A stretch of 63,071 bases of DNA, the filler included, from Vannella sp. (lineage: Eukaryota): the NCBI GenBank assembly GCA_023345925.1. It is 5 parts of 5 records of this genome, joined end to end, with 100 filler letters (N's around TTAATTAATTAA, not from the genome) between each part and the next. Parts side by side here need not be neighbours in the genome. Positions count along the whole stretch, not along the records: positions 56,423 to 63,071 come from JAJQQN010001348.1; 4 more parts are not named here. One strand, written 5' to 3'. Shown in pieces: positions 56,423 to 63,071 of the stretch. The first letter of the stretch is position 1. Every line of letters begins with the position of its first letter. Position numbers and translations under genes: made by a program. Below the pieces are notes generated by a model that saw only the letters and a program-made list of their open reading frames with translations, was not told where the DNA came from and searched no databases.

Positions 56423-56715
56423 CTCCGTACTCTCCTTTGTTTTACTTGGCGGTTTCTCTCCCTCCATCTTCAACTCAGGAGAGGCCTCGTACCACATCAC
56501 CCCCAAAGCCCCGATTATCTCGGTCCTGGCTTTAACCATCCCTGGAGTGGTATCTTAACTGATTGTCTGTTTATAATTCAGTTTCACTTTGAATGGGATT
56601 CAAGAAGAAGGAAGCGGACGAGTGGGACGAGCCGGGGGTGATGTGGTACGAGGCCTCTCCTGAGTTGAAGATGGAGGGAGAGAAACCGCCAAGTAAAACA
56701 AAGGAGAGTACGGAG
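56423..56715. repeat. 82-bp perfect inverted duplication at a contig start (probable chimera)
   Basis: 56423-56504 is the exact reverse complement of coding sequence 56634-56715. Confidence 0.9.
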
Positions 56716-59232
56716 AAGCAGCTGAAGCTCAAAGAGCGCGGGCGGGATCTTCTCGAGCAACTGGGAGACTCAAAGAGCCGAGGGCTCCACGCGGACGAGA
56801 AATGGATGCAAAAGATCTCTAGTAGTGGTACCACTAGTGATAAGCTAGCTGCTGGAGTGATTCTGATCAAGGAACACCCTCTCTCCAACCTTAAAGCGCT
56901 CCACTCGCTCATCACTCAGGCCAAGAAGAAGGGAGGAAAGGCCAATGTCCCTGTCATTGAGAGTCTTCGTGATCTCTTCCTCGAGTCCCTTCTTCCAGCA
57001 GATCGTCAGCTTAAGTACGTGCGTGCGCTCTCCTCAACAGGGAAACTGACTTTCCTCAAAAGGGACTTTCGTGATCAGCCTTGGTACTCGAAGAGTGTGA
57101 CTGATAAGCACCTTCTCTACTGGGTGTTTGAAGACGAGATCAAGACGTGCTATGCCTCCTTCGTGACGACACTGGAGCAATCCTCGAAGGAGACTGTGGA
57201 CTTTCTTCGTGATATCTCGATCAAGACGATGGCGCGACTCCTTACACAGCATCCTGAACAAGAGAAGGCTCTTCTCACTCATCTTGTTAACAAGATGGTA
57301 AGCCTACTCGCGGCATCGCTCCTCTGATGATTCTGATCGGCTGAAAGGGAGACCCCGTTCGCAAAGTGTCTTCTACGACAGTCACTTGCCTTCTGGGGGT
57401 GCTCGAAGAGCACCCTAACATGAAGACAGTGCTTGTGAGGGAGATCGAACTGTTTATGGAGCGTCCTCACATCTCTGAGAAGGCCGTGTGGGTTCCCTCG
57501 ACCTGGGTAGTCCTCAAGCTGTTCACTGACACCTTTCCAGATACTATGCATTGATCTTCTTGAACCAGATCATCCTGACCGCCAAGGAGGAGAGCATCTC
57601 CGTCAAACTGACCGAGATCTACTTCAAAACATTCCGTCGCTTCATGGACAGCAAGAGCGAGCTCGTTCAAACTCGTATTCTGAGTGCCATTCTCACAGGT
57701 AAGACACCATAAGGCACTAGCTTGCTTGCTGATCTCAGGAACGGAACAGGGCTGAACCGATCGTACCCGTTTGTATCAAAACAGAAGCAGACCGAGTTTG
57801 AGAAGGAGACAGACATGTTCTATCAACTAGTGCATAGTTCCATCTTCAACAGAAGCACCCAATCCTTAATGCTTCTCTTCCAAGTCCACAAAACCTCTCA
57901 GAATGTGCCTGATCGCTACTACCGGGCTCTTTACGAGAGGCTGACAGCACCTGATCTCCACCATGCGAGTAAGATCAGCATGTTTCTCAACCTGCTGTAC
58001 CGTTCAGTGAACGGAGACTCCAACACGACGAGAGTTTACGCCTTTTTGAAGCGCTCCCTCCAAGTGTGCTCCTTAGCGAAGCCCTCACTGATCTGTGGTA
58101 TTCTCTACTTGGTCTCTGAGGTGATCAAGAACCGGCCAAAGCTTTGGACGTGCATCCAACAGCCCGAGGAGGCTTCCTCTGTAGAGGTCGCTGCCGGTGA
58201 TGACACCCCACATCAAGGGGAGTACGATCCCTTCAAGAGGGAGCCTCAGTACTCTAGAGCAGACGAATCTTGTCTATGGGAGATCGTACGTATTAGGCCA
58301 CTGTCCCCTCCCTTGTTTGCTCACTAATACCGATGAATAGACCCTCCTATGTACTCACTCTCACCCTTCCGTCCGCGCCTTCGCCTCTACTCTGCGCAGT
58401 GGAAAGGCAATCAGCTATCAGGGAGACCCTCTTCTAGATTTTGGGACAATCAGTTTCCTGGACAAGTTCGCTTTCAAGAATCCGCGAGTTTCTGAGCGCC
58501 TGAAGGGGGGCTCGATTATGCAGAATCTGCGGACCCGTAAGGAGGTTTTGCCTTTGAATAGCCAGAAGTTCATCGAGCTGCGTGAGGAGAACGTTGCAGA
58601 AGAACACGTAAGATCCTTCTGGTCCAACTCACTAATACTGGTCACTAACGAAGGTGCCGCAGAGGTTCTTCCATCACTACTTCCTTACTAAGCGGTCTCT
58701 CAAGAAGAATGAGAAGACCAAGAAGGAGAAGGTGACCTTCTTTGATTCAGATAGTGAGGGATCGGCAGATGAGTCTCCAAACGACATGGAGGGTGATGCG
58801 GGAGACAACGCTGAGCTATTAGCAGAAGAAGCTGCACTCCAAGCTGGGGAATCTGACGATGACGGCTCAGGACAGGAAGACGGTTATGGAGGAATGGACC
58901 CAGATGACTTCTACGACGACAGCGACAATGAGACAGGGTTTGACATGAACGACCCGACTGAAGCCCAGCTCGAGGCATTACTTCTTGAAGATGAGGATCT
59001 AGACTCAGACAGTGACATGGACACAGGACCAACCGCCTTCGCAGCCGCCGAAGAATACGCCAAACTCCTCGAAGACGACGTTGATGAGCGTACCGTCGAA
59101 GCCTTCCGCGCTCAACACAGAAAGAAGAAGAAAGGGACCACTCCAACACCCTCCAAACCCTCAGTCATCGGAAAACGCAAGAACGCCCCAACCGGCGATT
59201 ACAAGAAGAACTTCAAAAAGCAGAAACGATAA
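56593..59232 (+). CDS. CEBPZ: CCAAT/enhancer-binding protein zeta / Mak21 / Noc1 ribosome biogenesis factor
   Basis: SGTTSDKLAA, HPEQEKALLTHLVNK|GDP, HPNMK, DRYYRALY, YDPFKREPQYS, SCLWE, HSHPSV, FLDKFAFKNP; acidic tail. The 5' end is uncertain. Confidence 0.9.
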
Positions 59233-59295
59233 TTGAGCCGTTCTAAGATAAACTTTCTCCGCTTTTAGTTGTCCGGACATTTGTTGGCGGCGCTG

Positions 59296-62200
59296 ATGAC
59301 CAGCAAATGGGACGAGATCCAGCAAGGGGTGAGCTCTCTCTCACTGAATGACACATCAACTGGGCTTGGGCGTTCGAATGGATGGGGTGATGAGGGCGTA
59401 ACTAATGACTACGCTTAGTCCTTCCCAGAGTGGATTAACTTCCACCTGGCCTCGCGCAACCTTCACATCGACTCGTTGGAAGACCTTTCGGATGGTATCG
59501 CTTTAAGCAACCTCTTAGAGATCCTCTCGGGGCAAACAGTAAGGCGCTATCGCCCTCCCCGCCTCCCCTTTCTCATCCCCTTCCGTTAGATCAAGAACCG
59601 CTTAGTCAAACCTCGATTCCTTCAGCACAAGATAGACAACGTCAACGTATGTCTTCAGTTCCTCCAGAACCAGATGGGCCTACGCGTTATCGGCTGTAAC
59701 CCGCAAGGTGAGGGCTCTCCCTTGATGTTCCCTTCATGGGGGGCTTACCTGAGGCTGTAGACATCGTATCTGGTAACACGAAGCAAATCATGGGTGTTAT
59801 CTTCCTCCTCACGCAGTTTACCAAGCGCCAGGAGCTTCTGCATGACGACCAAACTCCAAATCGTGAGGAAGAACCTTCAGACAGCGAGGAGGCGAGCACT
59901 ACGTTTGAGTCTGGGCGCGACACTGATCTGGAGGACTTATCTGTGGCTGCCTCGTCCACGGATGCAGACGAAGGCTTGGTTAAGGACACTCGCTTGCACT
60001 TACCCTCAAACCCGCCAGAGGAGGGGACTGCGGCTGAGGACGAGGACGATTTTGAACAGGAACAGGTAGAAGTTCCCGAGGATAGCAGTGAAGGAGCTGT
60101 CTCCTTGCCAGAGCCTCAAGAAGAAGAGCAAAAGGGGGACTCTGTTGATGCTGAAGAGGCTGTAGAGGTTGTAGAGGAAATAGAAGCAACTCAAGACTCA
60201 AGTGATGGGAAACTTCCTGCAGAGGAGCTACCAACCCTCTCGAATGATTTGAGCACCGAGCCTGACCTCCAAGTTAACGATTCCGTTCTCGTCGAAGCTC
60301 CTGATATTCTTCTTGTTGTTTCTGAAGATCCCATTGATGCTGGAAAGGAGAAAACTCTTGTAGAAAGCACCCCAGAGGTGACAGGTTCAGATGAGGCTAC
60401 TCGGGAGCTCATCTTGTCGGAGGAGCAGACTCAAGCCCACCTGGAGACCATTCATTGGGACTCTACCATCAAAGAGGATACAGAACCAACACCTTCCCCT
60501 CCAGTCAGCAAGAAGGACCGAGTAGCTCAGCTGAAAGCCTCCAAAAAGAAGAATAAGCGCTCCCACCGTTCCAGCCGCCGAGCTACGCGTCCGAAGGAGG
60601 AACCTTCCAAGCCTACAAAGGAACAGGAACTCGAGCAAAGAGAGCTCCAATTGAAGCAGAGAGCGACCATCGCCAACGAAATCCTCCAAACCGAGCGGGT
60701 TTATGTGACGGGATTGACTATTCTCATTGAAGCCTTCCTCAAGCCAATGCGAACCAAGAACCTGATAACACCAGCTTCCTTACGGAGGATATTCTCAGAC
60801 GTTGAAGTCCTTTTTGGCTTCAATTGTCAGTTCCTTAGTAACGTTGAGTTACGAATGCTAAATTGGGACGCCAATGACCAACGCCTCGGTGACATTTTCT
60901 TGCGGGAAGTGGATTACCTGAAAATGTACACAATGTATGTCAACAACTACAATGATAGCGTCAAAGAGGTCGCCGAATGTCGACGGAAGCATCCCAAGTT
61001 TGCCGAATTTCTGGATGCGGCGCGCTATTCAGAGACCTGCAATGGACTGGATTTGACGTCCTATTTGATTATGCCCGTCCAGCGTATTCCCCGTTATGTT
61101 CTACTGCTTGTGGATCTGTTGAAGAAGACGCCAGAGGATCATGCTGATTTCTTGGATCTTAAAGCAGCAGTGGAGAAGACAAAGGAGGTTGCAGATTATG
61201 TCAATGAGAAGAAGAGAGAGGCAGAGAACCTGAATAAGGTCGTGGCAGTTCAAGAGAAGCTGGGAGGGAAGATTGAACTTCTTGAAGATGCCTCGCGTCG
61301 TTATGTTCGAGAGGGACCACTCATGGACTTGTCGGACAAGCAAGGACGCTTCTACTTTTTCCTATTCAATGACATACTCGTTGCCTCCGCTCTGAACATC
61401 AAGGAGTTCACCAGCGAATGGAAAAAACTCTCAGAGTCTCTCACACCCCAACAAGAGGACTTTTCATACCAGGGCGCGCTCAAGTACAAGTATTTGATCC
61501 CTTTATCTGGAGCAGGACTCAAAGAAACTTCTCAGACGCTACAAAACGACCCAAAGTTCCGAAATATGTTCCAGCTTGTTGTTCCAGACTCCTCTGGTGA
61601 GAAGAAGCATTACAGCTTCGTGGCACCAACCTTTGAGATGAAGAGTTCGTGGATGGCGGATATCGATGAATGTATCACGCAACAGCTTGAAATTCGCAAG
61701 ATCCGTGCTGGTCCCTTTGCAGAATACGATCTCTACTCTGAGGAAGGCCTTCCTCAACTATCTGCTTCCATTGCAATGCAGAATTTGGAGACATTAGAGT
61801 GGAACGAGCGATATCTGGTGCTACGGGATGGAATTTTGTTCGTTTATAAGAACCGCGAAGTCCAAGAAGTACCCAAACTGAGGCTGGAGCTTTACTCTTG
61901 CTCTGTCCGACTGCTGAGACCTTCAGAGAGGGACTTTTCCTTCCAAGTTCTCTCCTCCCAACAGATTTATTACTTTGCTGCCAACAACGGGGAGCAGGTT
62001 TTTGACTGGATTTACGCCATCCGCTCCTCGGTCGAGTATATCCTTCATTTGAAGGATCAACAGCGCGGCCAGAAAGTCAAGTCCCTCAAGATTCCTCCCG
62101 CTCTGGCGCAAATGCTGACTGACCCAGAGAATCACGCTTGCGCTGACTGCCGCATTCCTGATCCTCAATGGGTCAACATTACTCGAGGAGTGTTTGTGTG

Positions 62201-62921
62201 TGACGTTTGCTATAACATCCATAAGATGTGCGTCCATAGCTTGGCACTGCGCAACTTGTCCCGTCATGCTTGGAGTGACGATCTCATCAAGGATTTACTT
62301 CCTTTGGGCAATCAGATTGTCAACCAACAACTGGAGGCAAATCTCCAAGCCCCCAAGATCACCTCCGGCTCTCCTCATCAAGCCAAAGTGGACTATATCC
62401 GCGAGAAATACGACTATCCAGAGCCTACAGAAGCACCCACATCGGCTATTCTTGCGGCTTTCCGATCACAAAAACTGGGACAAAAGGCGGGCTGGCTGGT
62501 CTTGTTGGACGACAACGAGACGAAGAAGTTCTTTTATCTCATCAAGAAAAATTCCCTTTACTACTACAAGTCAGAGGTATGTTCATGGAGACTACCCTAA
62601 GAAGAGTGTTCCTGATATTCAGATTTGGATAGAAAGCCACTGGGACACCAAAGGGCGTGATTGACCTCCAAACGGCAAGTGCGAAACCTTCGGTGAGCGA
62701 TGAGACCATCTTTGAGATTGTTACTCCTTCAAAGATCTACACAATCATTTGCCCCTCCGTATCAGAACGAGCAAGCTGGATCGAGAACATTGAACACGCC
62801 AAAACGCAAGTAAGAAAGATCCCATTCGTCGTTCCTCCGACCACTCATTCATTTGAATCCCAAACAGAAATCCAAAGGATCAAGTCGATCCGGCTTTTTG
62901 CGAAGCCTCCGTGGAGATTAA
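59296..62921 (+). CDS. Calponin-homology, acidic linker, RhoGEF (DH), PH, PH, ArfGAP-like, PH multidomain protein
   Basis: CH exons (WDEIQQG|SFPEWINFHL, DLSDGIALSNLLEILSG). DH motifs EILQTERVYV and LIMPVQRIPRYVLLL. PH domains; zinc finger CADC...CDVC; spliced terminal PH exon. The stop at 62921 is inferred. Confidence 0.85.
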
Positions 62922-63071
62922 ATGAATTGTCAATGCCCAAAGGTGAAATGAAGGGGAAATGAAAGGAGAAGGCTCTGCCAGCGTCATTTCTTGTTGGGTT
63001 GGTCCGATGAACGACAACCAGCCAGGTATTGACGAGCTCTTTGTGCTACCTGAAGGTGTGACAAAGTAGGA

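Noticed and set aside
1..63071. Stop-codon reassignment as an explanation for fragmented ORFs
   Set aside because: The breaks I examined coincide with GT-AG introns, and long ORFs end normally at TAA, TAG and TGA.
1..63071. Transposase, reverse transcriptase, Fanzor/TnpB or viral genes
   Set aside because: No ORF showed recognisable DDE, RT, HUH, RuvC or capsid motifs by eye.
63007..63071. Possible first exon of a further plus-strand gene
   Set aside because: Too little sequence remains before the window end to support a call.

Overview
Eukaryotic (protist) nuclear DNA, not prokaryotic or viral. It is five contigs (1-20798, 20899-37043, 37144-43348, 43449-56322, 56423-63071) joined by artificial 100-nt spacers (44 N + TTAATTAATTAA + 44 N), so adjacency across gaps is not biological. 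The genome is very compact, with short intergenic spaces and GT-AG introns of about 40-70 nt, and it reads in the standard genetic code. The gene content (two RapGAPs, a CH-RhoGEF-PH-ArfGAP protein, a CRIB/WCA actin activator, LRR-GPS receptors, an RCC1-repeat protein) suggests an amoebozoan, which is an inference. About 31 protein genes are present, including likely SETD3, VPS15, RIOK3, COMMD4, MOCS3, ACSF3, FIRRM/C1orf112, biotin ligase, Ariadne RBR ligase, CEBPZ/Noc1 and an M13 peptidase. Main observations: (1) a single-pass LRR-mucin-GPS receptor whose LRRs are each encoded by a separate in-phase 66/69-nt exon, with one exon+intron unit recently duplicated and a frameshifted paralog on the same contig; (2) a dispersed, apparently structured non-coding motif of about 39 nt in three intergenic regions, each near hairpins; (3) a SET-PRMT7-type methyltransferase fusion; (4) a WH1-less CRIB/coiled-coil/WCA protein; (5) an intron-containing PqqB-like hydrolase. 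Exon boundaries were read by eye and product names come from motif recognition, not database searches.
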